Source: Podarcis muralis
Lineage: Eukaryota
Direction: 5' to 3'
DNA: 64,000 bases
Assembly (NCBI RefSeq): GCF_964188315.1
Contig: NC_135655.1
Coordinates: 101,494,001-101,558,000 of the forward strand
The number at the start of each line of letters is the position of its first letter. The first letter of the stretch is position 1. The position numbers were made by a program, and so were the translations under genes. The notes under the pieces were generated by a model. That model saw only the letters and a program-made list of their open reading frames with translations, searched no databases and was not told the DNA's origin. Shown here in pieces: positions 1 through 11,966 of the stretch.

Positions 1-2074
1 TTCAAATAGATGAATGTGTGTTTTCCTCCAGTATTTCCATTACCAGGTAGAAAGAGGAGGTAACTTTTCACCACTTGCCTTCTATATGCTTTTTAATTAT
101 TTGAAATGTTTTGCTCAAGGGAATACTCTCTTCATATGAGATACTGAAGTAGGTATTTGAACAGATGCAAATTGGTTGACTAGCTCTTCATTAAGCAGTT
201 AACTCTCATGAGAGATCTCTCCATAGTTCATTGGATTGGAGCTAGATAGTAAGAAAAATTATTCTGTTGTAGAAGTGTAATCCTTACAAAATGTATATTG
301 CTCTTAAAAGAATAAATCTGAATGTAGTATGTCAACACTTAAAGGGAATCATTACCTCAGCTCAATAAATTGAACTTCTCAAGAGTTGTAAACATAAAGT
401 CTACAGTATTCTGGGAAGTCATCCTGATATAATGTAGATCATGACTGTTAACAATATATCAATAATGGTTTGTCCAATTGCTGGCAGTTCAGTGAAACAC
501 TCCTCTTCCAAAATGGCAACATGCACTTAAGAAATACCTTTTACAAGATAATGTTCACACGACCTTTTCCTGACATATATGTAAACAACTATTGCAAATT
601 AATCTGATAAATGTTTTTAGTTTTTCCTTTGAAATTACCATTCACCTATACTTACAGAAAGTATGGGTATAATTCAGCCACCCTTAAAAGTTAAAATGTT
701 AAGAGCAGGCTTGTTAGTCTATAGCTCATTAATTCAGAATTCTATCTCTTCCAAGAAGCTGGCAGTTTTGTGCGATGACACAAATGTGTTAAATGAAATA
801 ATCTCTAGACGGTTGTTCCTTGAGGCATTTGTAGCTTTCCCCTTCGTGAAGCAGTTTCATCTTAAAGAGTGTGAAGTGTTATACTACTGTAACAAATTTT
901 TCTAGTCGCAGTACTATTCACTCTTTTGCATAACATAATAATTACTCCTGTTATTTAGGGTAAAAATAACCTCTTTTTTGTAAGATATTGTAACACATCT
1001 TAGTAATAGGAAGAGATTCTGTGTTGCAATATAAAAAGTACTTTGACTTCTGTTAAAGTCTTCACCTGCGATACCTAGCGGCATTCTGAAAGAGTCATGG
1101 CTTCAACTAGTGCTGGCCAATATCTTTACAAATGACTTGAAAGAGAAAATGGATATACTCTTCAAACTGATGTATGACCCATTTGGGAACAAAATATGTC
1201 TATAGAGAATGACCCATGTAACTTAAAATAGAGGTCAGCAATCTTTTTGGGTAGGTCCATCTCTTCCCTCACTTTCTTTGCTCACCTCTCAATTTCCCCT
1301 TCCGTACTGTCCACATGAAATTGGCCCAAGGTTTGCAGCTTCCTCACTCCTGACTTAAATGCATTTAAGCCAAACCAATTAGATTGAAAAATCAGCAAGA
1401 AACAATAGAAAGCAGTATGCACGGGAAAGAACTAAATGTAAATTATAACATGAAATAAATTGGGCTCCACATAAAGATTTCAGGATTGCAAGAATAGCAG
1501 GCTGATCACTAATCAACAGCCGTGGCACAATCTTGTCCATTTCAATGAACATCTTTCAGCTTGTATACCTGGAAATCTGACATAAACCACGTATATGCTA
1601 GACCCATATGCATCAGGATTAAAACTGCTGGAACAGGTCTATCTAGTTGGTTTTTGGAATAAGTTACCCTCCATGAGAGAAAGTAGTTTCTGCAGTTCAG
1701 AGAGAGGTTGCTGTGATGCTCCCTTTAAAGCATGGTTTTCAACTGATGGGTTGGCATCTACTAGTGGGGCTGCAGTCTGATCTAAGTTGGTTCTCAGCAA
1801 GAGCACCGCCGTCATGCAAATATATGATAAAAGGTTCACAACTGAGTCTCCAAATGCATGTTTGGGTTAATAGTGGGTCGTGTGTTGAAGATACTTGCTT
1901 TCAAGAAATCTAGACCCAGAGAGTGATAAACAGTTATTGTCAAATCTGAATTCTTCCTTAGATGGGCAAAGGTGTTTGAAAAGGTTTCAGACAAAATTCC
2001 TACTTTAAACAGAGATAGTAAGACAATAACTTAGCATTAATTTAGGGAAGCTTTTAATGTTTAATAAGTTATTG

Positions 2075-2172
2075 TATTTTTGTGTTCTGTTGGAAGCCGC
2101 CCAGAGTGACTGGGGAAACCCAGCCAGATGGGCAGGGTATAAGTAATAAATAATAATAATAATAATAATAAT
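2075..2172 (+). mobile_element. LINE (L2-type) extreme 3' end with (AAT)n tail
   Basis: GGAAGCCGCCCAGAGTGACTGGGGAAACCCAGCCAGATGGGCAGGGTATAA then AAT repeats. Confidence 0.65.
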
Positions 2173-2277
2173 TAATTGAAAATTAATTAATTAATAGAAA
2201 AGGATTAATGCTCATAAATGTTTGTCCAGGATGTATTATGCTGTAACCAGCTTCATTTGGAAATGTTTGTCTTTCAG

Positions 2278-2376
2278 GTTATCATGAATAACGTATTTTG
2301 GATATATTTAATAATTGCCGAAGATGATCCTCTTTACAGACAAGGCTTTTGAAATCTGGGATTTTATACAGTAAAG
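2278..2376 (+). other. Candidate upstream non-coding (5' UTR) exon of MBD5, 99 nt
   Basis: Acceptor tgtttgtctttcag|G and donor AAG|GTAAGG flank unique sequence; MBD5 is known to have several non-coding 5' exons. No transcript evidence. Confidence 0.4.
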
Positions 2377-2509
2377 GTAAGGGAAAGTTAACATTAAAAT
2401 GAAGTAACCAGAGTACCTTGATCTCTTGTTAATATTATAAGTGGAGCTAAAAGAGCATACACCTCCTGAAGTAAGTGTCAGTTATCTATCTGCCTGCCTG
2501 CCTACCTAC

Positions 2510-2744
2510 CTATTTTATTACATTTATATATGCCCTTATTCTCCAAGGAGTTCAAAATGCCATACATGGTTTTCTCCCTCCTCTTTTAACCCCCACAACG
2601 ACAACAACCCTGTAAGGTAGGCTAGGCTGAGAGGCAGTGACTGGCCCAGGGTCAGCTAGTGAGCTTCATGGCCAAGTGGCAATTTGAACCCTGGTCTCCC
2701 GGGTCCTAGCCAGACACACTTCACCACTATGCTTCACTGGCTCT
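2510..2744 (-). mobile_element. MIR/CORE-type tRNA-derived SINE (Squam3-like)
   Basis: Reverse strand reads AGCATAGTGGTG...CAGGGTTCAAATTGCCAC...ACCCTGGGCCAGTCACT...CCTACCTTACAGGGTTGTTG (A/B boxes plus CORE), with an AT-rich tail. Confidence 0.75.
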
Positions 2745-3834
2745 CTACAACTAAACAATCTCAATAATTTTATCTTACAGAGGTGCTTCCGTAACGTTCA
2801 TATAAATGCTGTCTTGATTGCCTAATTGTATAGATGTTCTGGTTTGCCGTGTGTGGAAAACCATTCTGTTGGTAGAGACAGTGTGTACAAAGACACTTAA
2901 TTTTTTAAAAAATCATTTGCTTTTCTATTGTATCTCATCGTCAACACATAAAATGTTACAATAATGCGTAAAGTAATAAAAAAGAAATAGTATAGATATA
3001 AGACATGAACAAATGATGGTAACAACAACAACAACAACAGATCTGTATTCCTCCAAATTATTTAAATCTTATATATCTTAACTTTTACTTCCCTTCCACT
3101 TTTTCCATGATTTCCTATCTACTGTCCTTGACTTCATTAAGAAGATTTAATTGCTGGTATTCATGGATGGCATTATGATGCCAAGTTCAGGGCTTGAAGG
3201 AAGCTACTTCTATTCCACTTGCAGGTTGTGAGTGGAATGAAGATGGGATTAAACACTCTCCTAAATTGTGTGTCAGCAGGCTATATGTGCCAGCATCTTG
3301 GGAAAATATGTAACTCATGATTTAAATTAGTATTTCTAGCTCAGTGTGTTCTTTCTGTACAATCATCTATTGAACAAACATATTTTAGATCAAGCTAGAC
3401 CAGAAATCCAACTTTTTGGATTTGAGTTGTAAGAAGCAGTATTGTGTAAAGCATGTTTTCTTCTCGTAACTTTAAATAGGAATGCACTCTGCATGGGACT
3501 GCTCCTAAAGACCGTTTGGAGATGCATTCTGCACTAGTGTCAGAGTTTTGATGGGTTTGATGACTCAAGGGCATATGGCATTGGTACTTAAAAGATTTGT
3601 GCTGCCTGCCTTTGTGGTGCTGAGACCAATTCAGGCTTTTAGTTTTGATATATAAAGCCCTGAATAACTTAGGGCTTAGTTATCTGAAGAAATGCCTCTC
3701 CCTGTATTGTCTTGTCTGTGCTTGAAGTTGGCTGGGGACACCCTTCTTGCCATTCTATTGTGTAATTCATTTAGCGGGTCTGTGATTCACCAGAGAGCCT
3801 TCTCAGCAATGGTGCCCTGCCTATGGAATACCTA

Positions 3835-4397
3835 CCGTATTTTTCGCCCTATAGGATGCACTTTTTCCCCTCCAAAAATGAAGGGGAAATGTGTGTGCGT
3901 CCTATGGGGTGAATGCAGGCTTTCACTGAAGCCTGGAGAGCGAGAGGGGTCGGTGCGCACTGACCCCTCACGCTCTCCAGGCTTCGCACACCTCTCCGCA
4001 AGCAGCGGGAGCCCAGCGTTGGGCTCCTGCTGCTTGCGGAGAGTTGCCTGCATGCTGAAGCCTGCGCGCGCTGAGCTCAGCGCGTCCAGGCTTCGCGGAC
4101 CTCTCCGCAAGCAGTGGGAGCGCTCCCGCTGCTTGCGGAGAGTTGCCTGCATGCTGAAGCCTGCGTGTGCTCAGCTCAGCGGGTCCAGGCTTCGCGGACC
4201 TCTCCGCAAGCAGCGGGAGCACTCCCACGGCTTGCAGAGAGCTGCCTGTTTGGGGTCTGGGGTCGGGGGAAGCTTGAGCTTCCCCCGCCCCAGCCCCGCG
4301 CCTGGGAAAAAAAATAATTTCCCCCCCTTTATTTCCCCCCCCAAAAAAACTAGGTGCGCCTTATGGGACGGTGCGTCCTATAGGGCGAAAAATACGG
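3835..4397. mobile_element. Tc1/mariner (pogo/Tigger-like) MITE with 27-bp TIRs, TA TSD and an internal hairpin array
   Basis: TA-CCGTATTTTTCGCCCTATAGGATGCAC ... GTGCGTCCTATAGGGCGAAAAATACGG-TA (1 mismatch). Confidence 0.9.
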
Positions 4398-6199
4398 TAC
4401 TTCCCTAATGCCACTGACATTTCAACACCAAGTGTAAACCACCGTCTTCCTCCGGGCCTTTTGAATATTTTCAGAAATAGGCCTACTCTGTACAATGGTA
4501 GTATGGGGACTGGTCAATTTGGGGGTATTACTAGTTGTATATTTTGCTCAATTCTTTATTCTATTTGTTTTAAGCATTATAATTCACCCTGGGGTCACTT
4601 ATGATGATGGTCAGAATATAAATTTTATAAGTAAATAAATAAATTTTTAAATGACAAAAATGGCAAATGCATATGAGAATGGAGCTAGATCCTGGCGTTT
4701 TTAGCCCATTGTTGAAAGGGTAAGAGGAGTGAAGAAGAAAACAATTGTGAGGAAAGGCAAAGATTTTCGTCAACACCCCATCTCTACCCTGATTTTGTCT
4801 CAATCAATATAATAGTTAGAAATGGAAGAGAATAAAGATGGTAATGGTTCAGCTTAAGGGAATATTCTGGCAATTTTTTCAGAGATAATTTTCCAGTGGA
4901 AGAAAGGCGGAGTTTTGGTTCTCAATCCCATGATGCTGTAAGAAATGAAGAAATTATTTAAAATCAAACTGGGGGAGAGAAGTAGTAATTTGGCAGGTTG
5001 CTGTTAAGTAAAGATGTAAGGAATAAGTGGGGAGCCAGTTTGGTTGTAAAATAAATGATTTTTATGCCTGGAGTCCGAAGGTACATAATTTTTTTCGCAG
5101 TCATTCAAGATAACATAGAAATCCACAAAATGTCTGTACATATTTTTTTCACTTGTGCTGAAACCATTGTTTTCGTACAGAGGGATACACCAATTTCCTA
5201 CACAATTACATGCTCTCACAAACCTCCATAACTCAAATTCTTGTTGAACAAAATATCTTTGAACATAGATGTCTATTTATCGAAAGCACAACAATGTGAT
5301 TTCATTAATTTCATTTCACTATTTATTTGTCCAGCTGCTACTATCCTATTGCTTTCTTCATCCATCTGTTTTGGTGATGTTGAGTTGTTCTTTTTTCCCT
5401 AAACTGAAATAATTGTACAAACTTCTTCCTTGGCACTGCCATCCTCTCTGAAGTGTATATTTTAAGCTGGCCCACTTATTGTGCACCACAACTTTTTCTT
5501 GAGCTTTGGGCATTTTAGCAGAACAAATGTACAAAACCTTGATGTGCATCAAGTTATTGACGACCTCTTTAGGGAATGCTTTATCATTTGGGGAACAAAT
5601 CTATCTTGTTAAGAACCTTTTAAACCATGTAAAATATTGTGAGGAAGTATATTTGATCTATTATTCTGATTTTAAACTTTCATTTTTGGTGGATAGTGTT
5701 TGAATAATATGTGTTTAAAAAAAGTTACTGATGTCAAGGGCCTTGGTTTTGCCCAGTATTACTTCAGTAAGCAAAAGAAATCAATAAGTAGTTTGGCAGC
5801 AAAGTTAAGTCCTAATGGGCTATTCTCATTCACTTGGAAATAAATATCATTTGCAGTCTAATTTCATTGCACCAAGAATATTGCTTAATTTTCAGTTTCA
5901 GACTTCATCTTTATGAAAATAAAAAAATATATATATTAATGCAGCTTTTGTAGTTTTATAAATGTCCGGCTGAATTTTTTCAAAAGTGCTGACTAGCCAG
6001 TTCCTCAGTGTAATAAACATTTGTTGAAGAATGAAATACCTTGAACAGAACTCTCTTGTCCAAAGGGAAACATTTCCCCATATCTATTGCTATGTTAAGC
6101 AAGGTACACTGGAATATAGGGAATGAGGTATTCAAATAATAAAGTTTACAACTGAAGAATTCAAGGCCTTAAAAGGAGAATAGAAGTATATTTAATTTA

Positions 6200-6460
6200 A
6201 AGGCATAAGACTTGCTGAGTGAGACTCCAATGCCTATCTAGTCCAGCATTCTGTTTCCCAAAATGTCTAACAAGATGTCTGTGGGGAAGCCTCAAAGCAG
6301 GACATGAGGGGCATGTTGTTCCCCAGCAACTGGCATTCAGAAATGTGCCGCCAACGTGTAGCCATCATAGCCAGTAATCATTGATGAATTTGTCTAATAC
6401 CTTCTTAAATCCAATTAAGCTGGTGGCCATCACCAAACTGCATGTAAATGAATTCCAGTG
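6200..6460 (-). mobile_element. CR1-type 3' end, degenerate
   Basis: CATAAGA...ATCTAGTCCAGCATTCTGTT...GAATTTGTCTAAT...GGTGGCCATCAC pattern. Confidence 0.7.
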
Positions 6461-7288
6461 CAGGAATACAAATGATTCTTAAAAAAATAAAAATAGAAGG
6501 GTAGTTCAGGTTGTCATTTCATAGGCAGAATCCGAGTCAGTTATTCAAGACTCATTCTTGTTCTACTTATTTCCATCTGTTTTAGTTAGGCCCAAATGAG
6601 AAATATCAATTGGTCAGAGCACAGGAATAAAAGGGCAACACTTTAGAGCTGGATTTATGCCCATCTGGCTGGCAAAAGCCAGCCAGGACAGCACAGATTT
6701 AGGAGACTGCTCTGGAGCAATTTCCATCAGAAAGGTCAGAGAAGTGACTGTTTCTCTTTGGTTGGAATCTTCCCTGTAGAATTCCACAGGTTCTCTGATT
6801 GATCTTTTCCTTTTCAATAAGTACACGAGGTCACCAGGTGAAGATTGGCAGAAGTTTGGGGTTTGATGACCAACACCCTACAATGCCAGTGCTTGTCCAG
6901 ATACTCATCTCAACGAGCATCAAAGCCAATGTTTTAGTAGTGGTCAAGTGTGCCCTTCAGAAGTACCATCTTAAAGCACTGAAATTTCGTCTCAGGAAAA
7001 AATAACTTGCTTTTGTAAGTGATACCCAGTCATACAGGCACTTTGAATATTTGCTGAGGAAGGATTTTGGAAGAATAAAAGCGCTGTAGGTTTACTTTCC
7101 TATCATGATACTTTAAACACGATTTAGATGTTATAAGAAGCTGAGCACAACATGGAGCTCTAGAGGTGCAGTTAACTAATCAAATGCCTGGCAAGCATAG
7201 TGGCAACAAATGTTAGGTACTCTATTCAGATGTGTGAGCAGTTGTTGGAGAACCCTAAATCACAAAATTACAGGACTGTTTATATAAT

Positions 7289-7625
7289 GGGTGGCACTGT
7301 GGGTTAAACCACAGAGCCTAGGACTTGCTGATCAGAAGGTCGGCTGTTCGAATCCCCGCAACGGGGTGAGCTCCCGTTCCTTGGTCCCAGCTCCTGCCAA
7401 CCTAGCAGTTCGAAAGCACATCAAAGTGCAAGTAGATAAATAGGTACCGCTCCAGCAGGAGGTAAACAGTGTTTCCATGCGCTGCTCTGGTTAGCCAGAA
7501 GCGGCTTAGTCATGCTGGCCACATGACCAGCTGTCTGCGGACAAACGCTGGCTCCCTCGGCCTATAGAGCAAGATGAGCGCCACAACCCCAAAGTCGGTC
7601 ACGACTGAACTTAATGGTCAGGGGT
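7289..7625 (+). mobile_element. Sauria SINE (Squam1), 3' tail missing
   Basis: GGTGGCACTGTGGGTTAAACC head, CTAGCAGTTCGAAAGCAC...AAGTGCAAGTAGATAAATAGGTACC core, AGTCATGCTGGCCACATGACC. Confidence 0.92.
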
Positions 7626-9775
7626 ATCCAAGCTGCTATATTGTGACTTATGAACTAAGTCTTGGAATGCTCTTCTTACGAAGGGAAATGTGACTGATTT
7701 TGGTTCGGAAATATCACAAAGTGACATTTATAGTGGCTTTTTGGTGGGGCACATACCTTGCATTTTTGCATAATGGCCTGGAAAAGGGATACCCAAAGAG
7801 AAAATCTGTGTATCAACTGCAGACAGGAGGGGAGCCCCCACTTCTGTGAATCCTACCACTTTTAGAAGTACAGATGATGGAAATAAGGGAAATGGTTGTC
7901 GCACCCAAGATGTATAATTCTCTGCCCCTAGATGCCACCTTTTGAATACCTTTATGGTCTAATTGTAACTCTTAAAAACACACATACTTGATCCTTCCAT
8001 ACTTTTTGTGCTTTTCTGAAATTTGCAACTGTGTTTTGTGTTTTGTTTTTTCATTTTCAGATTTTGTTTTTTTTTTTTTACTCTATTCTGTTGGCTTCCT
8101 TGAGCATTTTACTATCAGGTGGAATGGCACTTGCATATCTTGATTTCTTCATATGGGAGTGAAATTCTCTCTAACGAGATTGTGCAAGCAGACAAATATT
8201 TCAGCGCTTCTCAAACTGTGGAGCAGGCTTCCCTGGAGATTTTTGGTGGAAAATTTCAGGAGGTAGAGAGAGAGGTTCCAGTAATAAAAACATCTATACG
8301 AGGGGTAGCAATGTTAGTCTTCAAGGACCAAAAGACTGAATTACAGAGAAATCTGATTTTGTGCTGTTTATGTTGAAAGGTCATCTCTCTTCAGTTATGT
8401 GTAGATTCTAATCAAGTATTCTAAAATGTAAATGCTCATTTCTGATCTAACCACAAATTTGATCTAAAGCTCATTGATTGTTAGCATTTGGACAGGAGTT
8501 TGGTAATACAAGTCCAGATTACTTGGAAAGCAGTCAGATTGTCACTGTATTTAAAAGATACTTTGTAAAATGAACATGCAATAAACTTTATAGCAAATGT
8601 TACATCCTTGTGACTAAACACATCCATATCATGACCAAAAGTCATGGCATATAATGTTTCACTGTATGACTCAACAGTTTATGCTGCTTCTTTTAAGCAG
8701 TTGATCAGAGCAGTTTGTGTAACCTTGTTACAACCTAAATTTTCACAACCTCAGATCAACATCCTTAGTATTGTTATTTGCTGCTGTATACAGTCACATA
8801 GTTAAGCAGCTACATTGAATAAATTGAATTAGATAATATTATACTTGCCCAAGCCATGTAAACATTCCTGTTGCTAAACACAGAATATCAGCAGGTGATT
8901 TTATGGAGAGAGAAATATTTATAATTTTGGACTAGTCTTACAAGTTTGTTGGACTGCTCCTTCAGCTTGCTAAGTAGTAGTAGTAGTGTTAGAAAAGCTA
9001 TGCTCTTACAAAATCTGTGAATTGGATATTGGTACTATCTTGCTGGAGGGTACGTATTGCATCAGCTGAGACTTTTATTATGAAAACTTAACAAATACTG
9101 ACCCAGAGTAGCCAAGCTAATTTGAAAGTGCTGATTTTGATAATGTTCTGCCCGTTTGCACTCATAATGCACTCATAATAATTTGTTCTAAAAACTCAAG
9201 TATTCAGTGTATTGATTTTGATGTCACAAACTCATCGGTTTTAGAAACATAATATATCTGCATTATTTCAACCAATAATAGACAGGTTGAGAAGAGAGAG
9301 GAAAGGGTATGGAAAATCTTGAGGTCTGGCATGGCAGCACAGTTTCAGCAGCTAGTACCTCTGTTTTAGGACCATGGGGGATATGTTGAAACACAGAAAA
9401 TTGTGACTGTGGACTAGATCAATTCCATGCCCTTCCTTCTTTATAGCTAGGTAAATTGTACTACCAAAATGTTCTTGATGAGATCAAGGAGAAATTTACA
9501 TAACTTCTCATCAGGTTGTATCTACCTCCTGATTAAAATGAATGTTGTGCTGTGATTTCAGTGCAATTTTTTGGCTGCTTCAAGCTCCATCTTTTAAATT
9601 TTGGGGATGGGGTGGAGTTCATGCATTGCAGTGGCAAGGTTTGTAGGAAGTAGTCAACTGTAAGCTTTCCATTAGGTATCCTCAAATCTGTGTGTCACAG
9701 ATGTCACCTTGTGTGTCACAAGGTGATATTTAATGTTGGCAATTGCTTTTCCACTTTTCATTGACTGGATACTTT

Positions 9776-10112
9776 AAAGGTAAAGGGGTCCCTGACCATT
9801 AGATCCAGTCATGGCCAACTCTGGGGTTGCAGCGCTCATCTCGCTTTATTGGCCGAGGGAGCCGGCGTACAGCTTCCGGGTCATGTGGCCAGCATGACTA
9901 AGCCGCTTCTGGCGAAGCAGAGCAGCACACAGAAACGCCGTTTACCTTCCTGCCGGAGTGGTACCTATTTATCTATTTGCACTTTGACGTGCTTTCGAAC
10001 TGCTAGGTTGGCAGCAACAGAAGCTCACCGCGTCACAGGGTTTCAAACCGCCGACCTTCTGATCGGCAAGCCCTAGGCTCTGTGGTTTAACCCACAGCGC
10101 CATCCGCGTCCC
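9776..10112 (-). mobile_element. Sauria SINE, full length
   Basis: Reverse-complemented consensus from the AAAGGTAAAGG tail to the CATCCGCGTCCC head. Confidence 0.93.
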
Positions 10113-11390
10113 TTTACTGTATATTTTAGACCCCAGCAAATACAAACTCTTTCTTGTCCCACATCTTATTTCTTTATGAAATAAAGACTTTGGAGGGTTT
10201 TCTTCCACTAGACTTAAACATCATGTGTTCCCAGAATATTAAGAATGTGATTCATCCCAGTGTGGGTGCAGCGGTGAGTGTGCAGGTAGATTTGGGAGTG
10301 GGATGCATGTTACCCGAACTTGTGTCAAGGTAGTAGGTAGGTTGAATAAGGAAGGATACAAGAAGAAGTACTTAAGCCTTCCATCCACAGTCACAGCACA
10401 CTGCAATGCACTTGAAGGGGAAGGAAGGAAGCACCTTTATAAGAGAATACATTTCTGCAGGCACAGATCACGCCTACGACTACAATGTTTGATGACCCAG
10501 TGAAGTCATATTTGTAGTAAACCCTTTGAAATAATCAGACTTAGATTTAATTATTTGAATAGATATTCTCTGAACATGAATAGCATTGAATATCGTTCAA
10601 AGAATGTTAACAATTGTGTACTCTGGGAGCTTTCACTTGGGAGCTGAGTCCTCAGTGTTTTAGTGCACTTCCTCGGATAGTATGTTTCTGGCATCATTGT
10701 ATCTTAGAGCATTTAAATTTCTTTCTGAAGGCCAGTTGCCTTACATGCTCTCATTCTCTAATTTGCAATGGTTAAGTTGGCCTAGCTTCTTGTACTACTG
10801 CTTTTTTTAATGCATATATATTGTTTCCAGTATGCTGTGCTAGTATTTAGAAACTAGCAGCATCCTAAGATGCAAGTGATATTTTTTACACGTAGTATGT
10901 GTGACCTTGTTTAAAAGTTCTATCTTGAATCCAGAAGCTTTAAAATACTGTAATATTTTAAGAAGTGGGTCACTGCCCTTGTGTAGTCTTGAAAGAATTC
11001 TTAGTTTGAATCTTATTTACAAAGCAATCTTGTAATATTCCATTTGACAAAAGGGAGAATATATTTAACATTCAACAATTATGACTCTGATTGGTCTGCA
11101 AAAGCTGGTTCTTTCCTTTACATTTTATTTATTATGTCACCTTCCTAAGGCTCAAAGTGGCATACTATCAGTGTATAAAATAAATTAAATACAAACAGCA
11201 TTAAATGAAACACAGCAATCAGCCCTGTGGGATTAAAACTGGAGTAAATGCAAACCATTATTTCTGCTAAATTAGTTATCCATATTTTGTGTAGACTTCC
11301 ATAAGGGCAGCCATGTTAGTCTATTTTAGTAAAAACAATGTGTTTTGTGCCACCTTGAAGACTAAACTTATTATGGCATAAGCTTTAGAG

Positions 11391-11526
11391 CAGGCATGGC
11401 CAAACTTGGCCCTCCAACTGTTTTGGGACTACAGTTCCCATCATCCCTGACCACTGGTCCTGTTAGCTAGGGATGATGGGAGTTGTAGTCCCAAAACAGC
11501 TGGAGGGCCAAGTTTGGCCATGCCTG
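11391..11526. mobile_element. hAT MITE, 136 bp, near-palindromic, 8-bp TSD CTTTAGAG
   Basis: CAGGCATGGCCAAACTTGGCCCTCCA ... TGGAGGGCCAAGTTTGGCCATGCCTG; TSD at 11383-11390 and 11527-11534. Confidence 0.93.
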
Positions 11527-11913
11527 CTTTAGAGGATTCCATAGTTGTCATTGTAGGGAAACCTAAATGCTTGCTTGGTGTTTCTTCTGGATATGTTTTT
11601 GCCTTTTAACTAAATGGTGCTTGTTTTACTACACATTCATGATGTGTAGGTCTTGTCATCTGGACAGCCCAGGACCTCCATACACACTGCCCAGGCTTGC
11701 ACCCGGGGAGTTCACTTTGGTGCTGCTAACACAGCGGTTTGACTTAACTCCTGGAGGTGCTCTCCATTGTCTCTCAAGGCAGATGTATGCCAACAAAAAA
11801 AAAATGGAACCTCCCTTAGTCACCATTAAAAAAAAAATCACCTAAGAAATAGAACTACTATCTATCAGAATAACAGTTTGTGATTTACCACAACAGGTAA
11901 CATTGCTGTTGTG

Positions 11914-11914
<1 letters not shown>

Positions 11915-11964
<50 letters not shown>
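11915..11964. repeat. (CA)n microsatellite
   Basis: About 25 units, directly visible. Confidence 0.98.

Positions 11965-11966
<2 letters not shown>

Noticed and set aside
3928-4241. Repeat array superficially like a CRISPR array
   Set aside because: Vertebrate intron, units are fully repeated with no unique spacers, it is enclosed by TIRs, and there are no cas genes.
3692-4408. 238-aa ORF and overlapping ORFs with repeated peptide blocks
   Set aside because: They arise from the GC-rich hairpin repeats of the MITE; no protein-like signature.
4400-5300. Possible minus-strand L1 ORF2 remnant
   Set aside because: Composition is suggestive but I could not read diagnostic motifs.
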